From positions 1-58,084 of the IMG/VR virus record IMGVR_UViG_3300020442_001798: a DNA stretch of 58,084 nucleotides; one strand, 5' to 3'. Position 1 is the stretch's first letter. Every line of letters starts with the position of its first letter. Made by a program: the position numbers and the translations under genes. This DNA comes from a virus (Duplodnaviria > Caudoviricetes). The notes below the pieces were generated by a model. It was not told the DNA's origin. It searched no databases and saw nothing but the letters and a program-made list of their open reading frames with translations. Positions 37,964 to 46,788 of this stretch are shown here, piece after piece.

Positions 37964-38984
37964 CGGTTACGGTTACGCATCATACAGGATTTCCTCTGGT
38001 CTCAGACATGCCGGTCTATCTGTGTCTGAGCCAGAGGATTTTCTTGTTCATGGCAAGACTCAAGAAGTTGATGTTTTGATTTCTATGCAAGATGGTTTGA
38101 TGCTAGAACCAATACCTCCTGTTCAGCGTGGAGATGTTTTAGTTAACAACTGTTTACCAGTTGACTACAAACTTGGTGATTGTTATAACATTGGTTTTTC
38201 TTATTGGGAAACTACAAAGATGCCTAGCTCTTGGATTCCCAAGTTGAATGAGTGTGATGAAGTTTGGACTACTTCAAAGTGGGCTGGCGAGGTGTTCAAG
38301 GAGAACACTGGTCACGATAATGTTCACGCTTTTAAGTTGGGCGTAGAGTCTGATTTGTTTTGGCATTCGGATAGCGTGCCCGATGGCATGTTTACGTTTT
38401 TGCATGTGGGTAGCCCATCCACTCGTAAAAACACCCAGATGGCCGTAGACGCTTTTATAAAGGCATATGGTCATAGAGACGGTTTTCAGTTGATTGTGAA
38501 GTCTATCGGCCCTCCTGATGCTCGTATACGGGATGGCAACATGATTCTCGGTGGCGTTGGGATGCATGATCGAATTCATGTTATTGACTATGAGATGTCT
38601 GAGTCAGATCTTGCAGACTTGTACAGGTCTGCTCATTGCCTTTTGTATCCAACTATGGGAGAGGGGTGGGGCATGATTCCTTTTAATGCTATTGCTTGTG
38701 GCACTCCTACTATTTGCACTAACGCTACTGCCTGTACAGAATATGCGGAGTTATCTGTACCATTAGATTTTGAATGGTCTACAGAAGGTATTGCTGGCAT
38801 TTATGACTGTGGTGGCAAATGGGCTAAACCCAGCATGAATGATCTTATTGATAAAATGCATTATGTTGTTGATAATTATGAAGATATTAAGCGGCATACT
38901 TTAGAAAGTGCTATAATTATTCATAAGGTATATTCTTGGGATAAAGTTGTTCAAGAATACAAGGAGCGCTTGTGTCAGATATAG
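37911..38984 (+). CDS. Glycosyltransferase, GT-B fold (GT4-like)
   Basis: WET...DEVWTTS, RKN, LYRSAHCLLYPTMGEGWGM...AIACGTP. Confidence 0.88.
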   Translation: MMMMNQLFWRALSKSKADGYGYASYRISSGLRHAGLSVSEPEDFLVHGKTQEVDVLISMQDGLMLEPIPPVQRGDVLVNNCLPVDYKLGDCYNIGFSYWETTKMPSSWIPKLNECDEVWTTSKWAGEVFKENTGHDNVHAFKLGVESDLFWHSDSVPDGMFTFLHVGSPSTRKNTQMAVDAFIKAYGHRDGFQLIVKSIGPPDARIRDGNMILGGVGMHDRIHVIDYEMSESDLADLYRSAHCLLYPTMGEGWGMIPFNAIACGTPTICTNATACTEYAELSVPLDFEWSTEGIAGIYDCGGKWAKPSMNDLIDKMHYVVDNYEDIKRHTLESAIIIHKVYSWDKVVQEYKERLCQI

Positions 38985-39562
38985 AAACTTCTCGCCCTAG
39001 AACTATTATAGATCAGGTTAGAGATATACAAGAAGCCGGTATTCTTCATGTCAAGGGTTATAGTAATCATGAAATTGCATCTCTTCTTTCTATTAATATT
39101 AATGAAGCAAAGAATTACGTCGGTCAGTATAAAATACTGTTAGAGCAGCAAGCAGATAACGATCCATACTTTTTAGAAAAACTTCAGTTTAACACCCTTA
39201 AAGCGTTAGACGAATTTGATCAGATAAGCAAGGAAGCTTGGGAGACAGTTTCGATTGCAACTGATCACGGTATGGTTGCTCAAAGAATTCAGGCTTTAAA
39301 GCTAGCTGGAGATATTGCAACCAAGAAGGCTCAACTTCATAAACTCATGAATGGTGGTGGAGGAGCTGACGCAGAGTATATTCAGAGAATGCAAAAAGCT
39401 GAGAATGTAAATCAAATCCTGTCCAGAATCTTAAGGGATGTTATTTCTAAACATCCAGACATTGCAGAAGAAGTTCGTAAAGAATTGTCTCTTGCGTTTG
39501 AAATAATGAACGAACCAGATCAGTTTCCGGATAGGGATATTATTGAAGGAGATGTGCTCTAA
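38972..39562 (+). CDS. Putative terminase small subunit
   Basis: N-terminal HTH (GYSNHEIASLL), helical, directly upstream of TerL; AAGGAG SD. Confidence 0.5.
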   Translation: MSDIETSRPRTIIDQVRDIQEAGILHVKGYSNHEIASLLSININEAKNYVGQYKILLEQQADNDPYFLEKLQFNTLKALDEFDQISKEAWETVSIATDHGMVAQRIQALKLAGDIATKKAQLHKLMNGGGGADAEYIQRMQKAENVNQILSRILRDVISKHPDIAEEVRKELSLAFEIMNEPDQFPDRDIIEGDVL

Positions 39563-39611
39563 AACCCAAAAATTGGGCGGATGAAAGAGCGCAAATAAAG
39601 GTTTTAATTCT

Positions 39612-41342
39612 ATGTCAGACTATATGGGGATCAATCTAGAATTTAAAGATTTTGATAGATTGTTAAAACAAGAGGAACTGGAAGAAGAACCAGTTTCTAT
39701 TCAGACTTTTGTTCAAGATAAGAAATACCTCGGACTTCCACCATTATCGCAGATTCAGTTGGAGATTGTGCGCCATTCTACACAAATCTTTAAAGAATCT
39801 ACTTTACAAAAGTTGATGGGTAAAGAAGAAGGTTCTGCTTATTATAACAAGTATACAGACAATGAGGTAATTTGTATGCTTGGTAAAGGAAGTGGTAAAG
39901 ACCACTGTGCAAGGATATCAATTGCTTACACTGCATACTTGATGCATTGCTTAAGAGATCCGCTTAACTATTATGGAAAAGCAACTGGTGTGTATATCGA
40001 CTTGCTCAACCTTGCTGTTAACGCACAGCAAGCGCAACGAGTTTTTTTTGAACCTTTGAAGAACCTTTTGCTATCGTCACCGTTTTTTAATGAAGTTGGG
40101 TTTGAGCCTAGGGTTTCTGAAATCTTTTTCTTCTCCAGACCTGTTAGATGTTTTTCTGGTCACTCTGAAAGTGAAGGCTGGGAAGGCTATGAAGTAATGA
40201 CTGTTATTCTTGACGAGATTGCTGCTTTCAAAACAGATGCAGAATTAAAAGGTGAAACACGTTCAAAAGGTTCTGCTTCTGCTATTTACAATATGAGTAA
40301 GCTTTCTGTTATGTCTCGCTTTCCTGAAGTGGGTAAAGTTATTCTTTTGTCATTTCCTCGTTATAAAGGTGATTTTATTGAAACAAGATTTACTGATGCT
40401 AATGAAAAAAACGAGCCTAAAACTTGGACTATAAAAGCTGCAACGTGGGAAGTAAATCCTACGATTGAGCGTCATCAATTGGAGTCCGAATATATTAGAA
40501 ATCCGATTGAGGCTAAAATGCGTTTTGAGTGTGAGCCGCCTAATATGGTTGACGCATATTTTCGTGACCCTGATCTTGTAAGAAAAGCTTTTCATTATTC
40601 TGACGATCCTGTGAATGAAGAAGATGGAACATTTAAGAAGTGGTTTAATAATAAAGACGGTAAAACTAGGTTTATTCATGTTGACCTTGCATTGAAAAGA
40701 GATAGGGCTGCTCTTTGCATGGTCTCTAGTGGTGGATTTAAAGAAATTCAAACCTCTATGGGTGTTGAGAATTTGCCTGTAGTTAGTATGGATTTAATTT
40801 ATTCTTGGGAGGCGACTGTTGGTAGTGAAATTAACTTTGCCGCAGTTCGTCAGATGATTGTCGATTTATGTAGGAAGTTTCAAGTGGGATTAGTTACGTT
40901 TGACCGATGGCAGTCCGTAGAAATGATTCAATCACTGAGAGCGCAAGGAATTAATGCAGACTTTCACAGCGTGAAGAAGTCTGATTATGATACATTATTA
41001 ACTGCTATATACGATACTAGAATTCGTGGATATTGGAACGAGCTTTTGGTTGAGGAAGAGTTGTTGAAATTGAAACTCTTCGGCAATAATAAGATTGACC
41101 ACCCTACTACGGGTTCGAAAGACTTGGCAGATGCGCTTGCTGGTGCGGTTGCTGGTTGTATAAAAAATATTGGGATGGATGAAGAAATTGACATAGAATT
41201 GATGTATCCTAAAGCAGACTTTGATATCGAAGATGAGGATATGCCTGACTTCGGTAAAACACAGGTTTTGTCTCGGGAAACGGGGCAATTTGAAAACATG
41301 AATAACAAGAAAGAGGAATCATTATGGCTAGAGAATCTGTAG
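39612..41342 (+). CDS. terL: Terminase large subunit
   Basis: GKGSGKD Walker A, VILDE Walker B, HVDLA nuclease motif, TFDRWQS, KIDHP..GSKDLADA. Confidence 0.92.
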   Translation: MSDYMGINLEFKDFDRLLKQEELEEEPVSIQTFVQDKKYLGLPPLSQIQLEIVRHSTQIFKESTLQKLMGKEEGSAYYNKYTDNEVICMLGKGSGKDHCARISIAYTAYLMHCLRDPLNYYGKATGVYIDLLNLAVNAQQAQRVFFEPLKNLLLSSPFFNEVGFEPRVSEIFFFSRPVRCFSGHSESEGWEGYEVMTVILDEIAAFKTDAELKGETRSKGSASAIYNMSKLSVMSRFPEVGKVILLSFPRYKGDFIETRFTDANEKNEPKTWTIKAATWEVNPTIERHQLESEYIRNPIEAKMRFECEPPNMVDAYFRDPDLVRKAFHYSDDPVNEEDGTFKKWFNNKDGKTRFIHVDLALKRDRAALCMVSSGGFKEIQTSMGVENLPVVSMDLIYSWEATVGSEINFAAVRQMIVDLCRKFQVGLVTFDRWQSVEMIQSLRAQGINADFHSVKKSDYDTLLTAIYDTRIRGYWNELLVEEELLKLKLFGNNKIDHPTTGSKDLADALAGAVAGCIKNIGMDEEIDIELMYPKADFDIEDEDMPDFGKTQVLSRETGQFENMNNKKEESLWLENL

Positions 41343-41497
41343 ATATTGAGGAATTGACTAAGGTTGATGCTAATCAATTAATTCAGGAATTGACTCAGGA
41401 AAACTCGCAGTTGCGGTTGGAAATGATGGCACAGAAAGGCGTTATTAATAAACTCATTGCTGCTCTTCAGGGGTCTGATGAAGATTTGGATGAGTGA
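41324..41497 (+). CDS. 57-aa coiled-coil hypothetical protein (absent from ORF track)
   Basis: GAGG SD; MARESVDIEELTK...DEDLDE*. Confidence 0.55.
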   Translation: MARESVDIEELTKVDANQLIQELTQENSQLRLEMMAQKGVINKLIAALQGSDEDLDE

Positions 41498-41641
41498 TTG
41501 AGCACATCCTTGTTTTGTTAATTAAAAAAATCTTTTGAAATCTTATTGCAGGTGCATTAACAGGGTGTGGTCGGCGTGTAGTGTTTAATTCGTGGACGGG
41601 AGAACCCGTTCGGTAACATAAACAAACATTAGGAGAACATA

Positions 41642-41995
41642 ATGTTCAGCATTCAAAAGGTAGACCATTTCCCAGAAATTACTCGTCAGGGTAGAGTTTC
41701 TGAAGAACTTCAAGCAATCATTGTTGCATTGGAAGATTCAGCAAATAAGGGAGAGCGTTTCTGCATTGGTGGTATTGATTCAGGCAATGCTTACAATTCA
41801 ATGCAACAGCGAATTCGTGCGCAGGCTAAAAAGCTTGACCTTAAAGTAACTATTCGTTACGACAGAGATGAGTCAAATCTTTACTTCAAGGCTTCACACA
41901 ATGGTCTTGATTTGGTTGAGACTGAAGAGGTCGGAATGACTGCTTCTCAAGCAGGTGCAAAGACTTCATCAAAGCGAAGCGCAAAGACTTCCTGA
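41642..41995 (+). CDS. Hypothetical protein, separately transcribed, basic tail
   Basis: AGGAG SD, own upstream intergenic region and downstream terminator. Confidence 0.7.
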   Translation: MFSIQKVDHFPEITRQGRVSEELQAIIVALEDSANKGERFCIGGIDSGNAYNSMQQRIRAQAKKLDLKVTIRYDRDESNLYFKASHNGLDLVETEEVGMTASQAGAKTSSKRSAKTS

Positions 41996-42029
41996 ATTCG
42001 CTGCAAATAAAAACCCCATAAAGTTTTTC

Positions 42030-42060
42030 CCCCGACCTGCAAGGGTCGGGGTTTTTTTTT
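42030..42060 (+). terminator. Rho-independent terminator
   Basis: CCCCGACCT-GCAA-GGGTCGGGG followed by 9 T. Confidence 0.9.
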
Positions 42061-42069
42061 GCTATAATT
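42060..42069 (+). promoter_or_regulatory. Extended -10 promoter TGCTATAATT, leaderless to ATG 42077
   Basis: TGn-TATAAT 8 nt before ATG; same 10-mer at 26654, 34319 and 38909. Confidence 0.7.
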
Positions 42070-42076
42070 TAGGGTA

Positions 42077-42886
42077 ATGGAACGTACTGAGCAAAAAGTT
42101 GAAATCACGCATGAGCAAATTGCTAACTGGTATCCAATGATTGCGACACCATGTTATGACAAACAAGTTAGTGAGCCTTATTTTTCTTCCATGATTAAAC
42201 TTGTTAACGGGTTTAATATGTTGGATATGAATTTTGCGATTAGCACAATATCTGACTCCCTAGTTACTAGGGCAAGAGATAACCTTGTTGCAAAGTTTAT
42301 GGCTAATCCAGACTTTACACATATAATGTTCATTGATGCAGACATTGGTTTTGACTATGAAGATATTATCAGAATGCTATGGCATGATAAAGATATTATT
42401 ACTGGATCTTATCCGATTAAAAAAATTAATTGGAATAAGGTTGAGAGCATGGTGAAAGAGGGAACGCCTGTAGAAAAACTTATGACTAAAAGTTTGAGAT
42501 ACGTTGTTAATCCAATTCAAGGCACTAAGGGTGAAGTAGAAGTTGATAATGGTGCTTTAAAAATTCGTGACGCTGGTACTGGCTTTATGTTGATTAAGCG
42601 AGAGGTTATTGAAAAAATGATTGAGGCGTATCCGGAAATGAAATTTAAAGATGACACTGGTTCTTTGAACGAAGAAGAGAAGAAGTGGACTTATCATTTC
42701 TTCGCAGATTACATTGATGATGATGGCAGACTTTTATCTGAAGATTATGGTTTTTGTAGATACTGGCAAAAACTAGGCGGTGCTGTTTGGGTTGATGCTT
42801 CTGTTGATATGCTTCATTTAGGTAGAATGGAATTTGAAGGAAAGATGATTGACTTCTTAGAAACAATTGTTGTTTCTGAAAACTGA
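42077..42886 (+). CDS. Glycosyltransferase-like protein, GT-A fold
   Basis: IATPCY, SLVTRARD, FIDADI (DxD), GTGFMLIKR, LSEDYGFC. Confidence 0.85.
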   Translation: MERTEQKVEITHEQIANWYPMIATPCYDKQVSEPYFSSMIKLVNGFNMLDMNFAISTISDSLVTRARDNLVAKFMANPDFTHIMFIDADIGFDYEDIIRMLWHDKDIITGSYPIKKINWNKVESMVKEGTPVEKLMTKSLRYVVNPIQGTKGEVEVDNGALKIRDAGTGFMLIKREVIEKMIEAYPEMKFKDDTGSLNEEEKKWTYHFFADYIDDDGRLLSEDYGFCRYWQKLGGAVWVDASVDMLHLGRMEFEGKMIDFLETIVVSEN

Positions 42887-42978
42887 TTGGGAAATCGGTT
42901 TTACCCGTAGAGCCTTTTAGGGTTCCGGAATATATATTAAATTTTGCAATAAATTGAGTAAAATTTACACGGGTGTTC

Positions 42979-43074
42979 TTAACATTAAAAAATTGCTGCG
43001 AGCCGGTAAGATTTTTAACGTTAAATAGGGTGGGTTTTTAACGTTAAAGACCCCAGCCTGCGCTTTAACGTTAA
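42979..43074. repeat. Cluster of palindromic TTAACGTTAA boxes in AT-rich intergenic region
   Basis: Perfect copies at 43015, 43038 and 43065; one-mismatch copy TTAACATTAA at 42979. Confidence 0.8.
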
Positions 43075-43275
43075 CAAGCTTTCGATTTTTTCACCTATTT
43101 CTTGAACTTTATGATTTCACCTCTAATCTTTATCCTTTCTATTGTGTACCCATTTTCCCGCTGATAGACTGACTTTATGTCAGTTTTCACCTTGCCTATT
43201 TGCAACTCATTTGTTGAGGTAATGTGTTTGACATTATGTAATGTTATTTATTTTATCAGGGAAGGGTAACGGATA

Positions 43276-43620
43276 ATGGATAGGCTAAAAGTTCAGGCAG
43301 ACAATATGGTGGGCGAACACATTATTGTTCGTGGTAAGGATTACGGTCATGTAGTATCTTATGATACTATTTCTGACGGTTATGACTCACGTTACATATT
43401 GTGTACAGATTTAGGTAAGCGTGTAGAGTTGACATCTCTTTTGCGTTACCTCAACAAAGTGATTAGTGTTGCTGTTCGACCTGACGGTTCAGATTATGCT
43501 AACCGTATGGCTCAGCCTAAGAAGTTGTATCGTGCTAATGCAATGTGTGCCGCTAACATTGACACTAATGCTCATATTGGCAATGAGATTGTCAATATTG
43601 CTAACCGACCGACTGACTGA
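43276..43620 (+). CDS. Hypothetical protein (first gene of small-gene region)
   Basis: 114 aa ORF. Confidence 0.6.
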   Translation: MDRLKVQADNMVGEHIIVRGKDYGHVVSYDTISDGYDSRYILCTDLGKRVELTSLLRYLNKVISVAVRPDGSDYANRMAQPKKLYRANAMCAANIDTNAHIGNEIVNIANRPTD

Positions 43621-43941
43621 TTGGATAAGACAATGAGTGATTTTGATTTTGAGATTATTGACGAGTGTGATGTTATTGTTTCTCGTCGTGCAAGTGGTAA
43701 GCAAAAGTTGCCGAAATGGGAACCTATTCTTAGTTGGAATAGACCTGCTTTACCAGATAGTTATTGGTTGTGGAATGGCTATCGGTTGACTGAGCGTGAT
43801 TACAAAATTATGGCAGAGACTAAGCGTGAGTCCTTGCGTAAGCAAAACGAAGAAGTTGATGAGCAAATTAAATTGTTGGGCATTCGTTCTAGGAATGTGA
43901 TAGCAGTTCGTAATCAGAAAGAAGTGAGGATTAAGCTATGA
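43621..43941 (+). CDS. Hypothetical protein
   Basis: ORF tightly packed with neighbours. Confidence 0.6.
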   Translation: MDKTMSDFDFEIIDECDVIVSRRASGKQKLPKWEPILSWNRPALPDSYWLWNGYRLTERDYKIMAETKRESLRKQNEEVDEQIKLLGIRSRNVIAVRNQKEVRIKL

Positions 43942-44117
43942 TGAGTAATGCTGAAATTATTAGTTTGCAGAGAAAGCATCCAAATTTGCAAAAGCATTTG
44001 CTAAGGGAAGCAATTTGGTCGCTGAGAAACAATGAAGTAGCAATTGGTACAATAATTGTCTTATTAGAAGACGTTATTGCTGGCATTGAGGAGATGCAAA
44101 ATGAACAAAATTCATAG
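43938..44117 (+). CDS. 59-aa hypothetical protein (absent from ORF track)
   Basis: ATGA overlap; MMSNAEIISLQRK...EQNS*. Confidence 0.55.
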   Translation: MMSNAEIISLQRKHPNLQKHLLREAIWSLRNNEVAIGTIIVLLEDVIAGIEEMQNEQNS

Positions 44118-44298
44118 ACAGAAATACATTGAGACTTTGACTAAGCAATTTGGTTGGACTAACCGTTTTGCTAGTGAGTTTCTTGTAGAGTATCGCACTT
44201 GTAGAAACTTTTACAATGCTTATGAACAGACTATGCAGTCTGTTTATGTTGATTCAAATCAGAAGCCGAATGTAAATCCTTTTAGAAAAGGGTCATGA
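44101..44298 (+). CDS. Hypothetical protein
   Basis: GAGGAG SD before ATG 44101. Confidence 0.55.
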   Translation: MNKIHRQKYIETLTKQFGWTNRFASEFLVEYRTCRNFYNAYEQTMQSVYVDSNQKPNVNPFRKGS

Positions 44299-44299
44299 A

Positions 44300-44410
44300 A
44301 TGGATATCATGAATGACATTGTGTTTATCAAGCTATGTGTTATTGTTCTTTTTGGTTTGATTACATTTGTTTTCTTTGCTTTAGATGAAGATGATGAGGA
44401 TTGGTTGTAA
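44300..44410 (+). CDS. 36-aa single-TM peptide with acidic tail (absent from ORF track)
   Basis: MDIMNDIVFIKLCVIVLFGLITFVFFALDEDDEDWL*. Confidence 0.5.
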   Translation: MDIMNDIVFIKLCVIVLFGLITFVFFALDEDDEDWL

Positions 44411-44628
44411 TGGCAATATGTGTTTATTGTGAACAAACATATTCTGATGAACGTGCAGAAGCGGGTTATGATTACTGTATGTCAGAGGAATGTCAAATCA
44501 AAGGTTTAGATAAGTCGGAGCGTGAATTCAGAAAAGAATACACTCCGGCTTTGTTGCATAAGTGCAACTATTTCTGGATTAAGAAAACCGAATTGAAGTC
44601 ACTAAATGTGAGGAGTGATTTATTGTGA
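44410..44628 (+). CDS. Zn-finger hypothetical protein
   Basis: CVYC...ER...GYDYC....C. Confidence 0.6.
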   Translation: MAICVYCEQTYSDERAEAGYDYCMSEECQIKGLDKSEREFRKEYTPALLHKCNYFWIKKTELKSLNVRSDLL

Positions 44629-44954
44629 CTGAGTACAAAGCAAATTGTTTTATTTGCAATCGTGAAATTGAATTAGCTTGGGGTTGGGGTGCGCCTGCGG
44701 AAACTCAATCTGAAAACCAAAAGGTTGCTGAAGATAATCCACTTGATGCTTTGTCAGTAACTATTGCTGCTGGTTATGGTTCTTGTCATGATGGTCTTTA
44801 TGGAAAGATGTGGATTTGTGACCCTTGTTTTGGTGACCGTACTGATCGACTAATGCATGTTGGTAATTATTTCGACCACTATGAGGCAATTGCTACTGCT
44901 GAAGAAATTCTTGAAGATGCTTATGAAAGGATTCGTAATGAGAATTTGGGTTGA
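44625..44954 (+). CDS. Zn-finger hypothetical protein
   Basis: CFIC...GYGSCHDG....ICDPC. Confidence 0.6.
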   Translation: MTEYKANCFICNREIELAWGWGAPAETQSENQKVAEDNPLDALSVTIAAGYGSCHDGLYGKMWICDPCFGDRTDRLMHVGNYFDHYEAIATAEEILEDAYERIRNENLG

Positions 44955-45141
44955 TGTTTCTACTGGAACATATGGTTCTGAAGATGATTTAGTCTTTGTT
45001 GATGTTTCAGACTGGACAAATGAAGAGTTCGTAGCGTTTGATAATCAAACGGATAATGATCGCTCTTGGTATGCATATGAGATTGCTCTTATGAATGACT
45101 TGAGTAATAGCCATGTAGAAGAAATTTACAAAGGAGAATGA
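44938..45141 (+). CDS. Acidic hypothetical protein
   Basis: MRIWVDVSTGTYG...; AAGGA upstream. Confidence 0.5.
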   Translation: MRIWVDVSTGTYGSEDDLVFVDVSDWTNEEFVAFDNQTDNDRSWYAYEIALMNDLSNSHVEEIYKGE

Positions 45142-45395
45142 CAATGGCAATTGAACAACATGATGGTGGCACTATGATTACTGGTGAAGATGATATCCAG
45201 TCTTATCGTATGCTTACGCAAATCAAAGCATTGGAGCTTGAGATTCGTACTGGTTTGCGTATGAGTAATCGTTTCAATCTTCTCAAGGGTTTGAAAGAAG
45301 AGTATGGTTTGAAATCAAGAACCAAGAAGGATGCTCTTATTGAAATGCAAAAAGTTTTTAATCAAAGATTTGAGCAAAAGTTTTTTGATGTCTGA
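45138..45395 (+). CDS. Hypothetical protein
   Basis: ALELEIRTGLRMS motif; AAGGAG SD. Confidence 0.6.
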   Translation: MTMAIEQHDGGTMITGEDDIQSYRMLTQIKALELEIRTGLRMSNRFNLLKGLKEEYGLKSRTKKDALIEMQKVFNQRFEQKFFDV

Positions 45396-45916
45396 TGGAT
45401 AACATTTTTTGCAACTATTGCAACCAAGAAAAGCCTTCTTCTGAATTCAACAAGTTGCCTAAGAACAAATGCAAATCTTGCATTAAGGAATACATGCAAG
45501 CAAGACAGCAGCGTTTGAATAAAAAGAACGGTGTGTTTTATCTTGACTGTATTGGTTGCGGCATTAGTATGCGTAATCCTCCTTCAAAGATTTGCCACAA
45601 GTGTTCTCGTAATCATGAGAAGTTTGATATCAAAACTGCTGCTGATTTTCATTTGCCTAGAGGTGATGTTCGTGCATGTCAGTTAGCTTTCCTAATTGCT
45701 TGTGGTGTTGATTATCAGAAGTTCGTAGATGATTGTTTTACTGCTGAAGATGCTTTTAATGAAGAGATTCAGCGTGAACCTAGGGTTCATGTAAATGATG
45801 TTGATCCTTTTGTTATTGAAATGTATGAAGAACGTGAAGCAATGTATTTTGATAGTCGTGTTCTGAAAGAACCTGCAACAAAGTATAGTACAAAGAAATA
45901 CGGAGAGATTTTGTAA
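45395..45916 (+). CDS. Double Zn-finger hypothetical protein
   Basis: CNYC...CKSC...CIGC...CHKC. Confidence 0.6.
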   Translation: MDNIFCNYCNQEKPSSEFNKLPKNKCKSCIKEYMQARQQRLNKKNGVFYLDCIGCGISMRNPPSKICHKCSRNHEKFDIKTAADFHLPRGDVRACQLAFLIACGVDYQKFVDDCFTAEDAFNEEIQREPRVHVNDVDPFVIEMYEEREAMYFDSRVLKEPATKYSTKKYGEIL

Positions 45917-46236
45917 TGATTGAATATTTAGAAATTGGTCCAGTTCCTGCTGGTGAAGATTGTGCTCAAGTTGGTAGTATTGATTTTAGAAATCAATCTA
46001 AAAGGGAAATGAGAGCATATATTAATCAGTTGAAGCGTGAGTTTCCGGCTTATGATGAGCATAACGTTCGGTTTGTTGCAAAGTATTTCCCTCACGATTT
46101 TGGTAGTTATGGTGAAGTTTGTGTCGAATATGATACAGATGATGAACTTGCTACTACTTTTGCTTTTAAAGTAGATAACTTTATACCTATGCAATGGGAT
46201 GAAGAAGCGCTTGAAGAGTTAGATGATTCTTTCTAA
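45916..46236 (+). CDS. Hypothetical protein
   Basis: IGPVPAGEDCAQVG...FPHDFGSYGEV. Confidence 0.65.
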   Translation: MIEYLEIGPVPAGEDCAQVGSIDFRNQSKREMRAYINQLKREFPAYDEHNVRFVAKYFPHDFGSYGEVCVEYDTDDELATTFAFKVDNFIPMQWDEEALEELDDSF

Positions 46237-46245
46237 GGAGAAGAT

Positions 46246-46788
46246 ATGAACGTTGATAGATTACCTTACAATTTAAAAACTGATCGGGATGTGTTTAATC
46301 ATGTCCGTGATCATTTGCTTGAACAAAATCAACAATCCATGTATCAAAGTGGTGGTTGTGTTTATCGTGGAAGAAATGGTTTGTCTTGTGCTATTGGTTG
46401 TCTTATTGCTGATGAGCATTATGATGAAGATAGTATGGAAGAACAACCTGTTACAGTACATGATGTTATGCTTGGTATTGATCTTAGTAATCCTGAATGG
46501 AATACTCCTTCACGGAGAAGGGCTAGAGCAATGCTTTTGTTTCTGCAAAAAGCTCATGATTACTTAACCCCTTACACTTGGGAAAGTGATTTGAATTATC
46601 TTGAAAGTATTCTTTTTGAACCCGGTTCTGATTCTCTAAGAGAAGAAGGTGTCTATTACGATAGATTGGATTTTAAGTACGGAAGAATTATTGATAGAGA
46701 GAACAAAAGTGATGAAATTCATTTCTTCACTCCAAGTGAGTTTATAGAGCATACTAAAAAGAAAGAGGTGCAACAAAATGGGTCTTGA
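46246..46788 (+). CDS. Hypothetical protein
   Basis: CVYRG..GLSCAIGCLI...LQKAHD; AAGGAG SD. Confidence 0.65.
   Translation: MNVDRLPYNLKTDRDVFNHVRDHLLEQNQQSMYQSGGCVYRGRNGLSCAIGCLIADEHYDEDSMEEQPVTVHDVMLGIDLSNPEWNTPSRRRARAMLLFLQKAHDYLTPYTWESDLNYLESILFEPGSDSLREEGVYYDRLDFKYGRIIDRENKSDEIHFFTPSEFIEHTKKKEVQQNGS

Noticed and set aside
24486-41342. Inteins or introns in dnaB, dnaE, recA or terL
   Set aside because: Proteins are of ordinary length with contiguous motifs; no intein splice-junction or LAGLIDADG motifs noticed.
43228-43256. TTGACA -35 box within an imperfect inverted repeat upstream of 43276
   Set aside because: No convincing -10 box at 16-18 nt spacing; too weak to call as a promoter.
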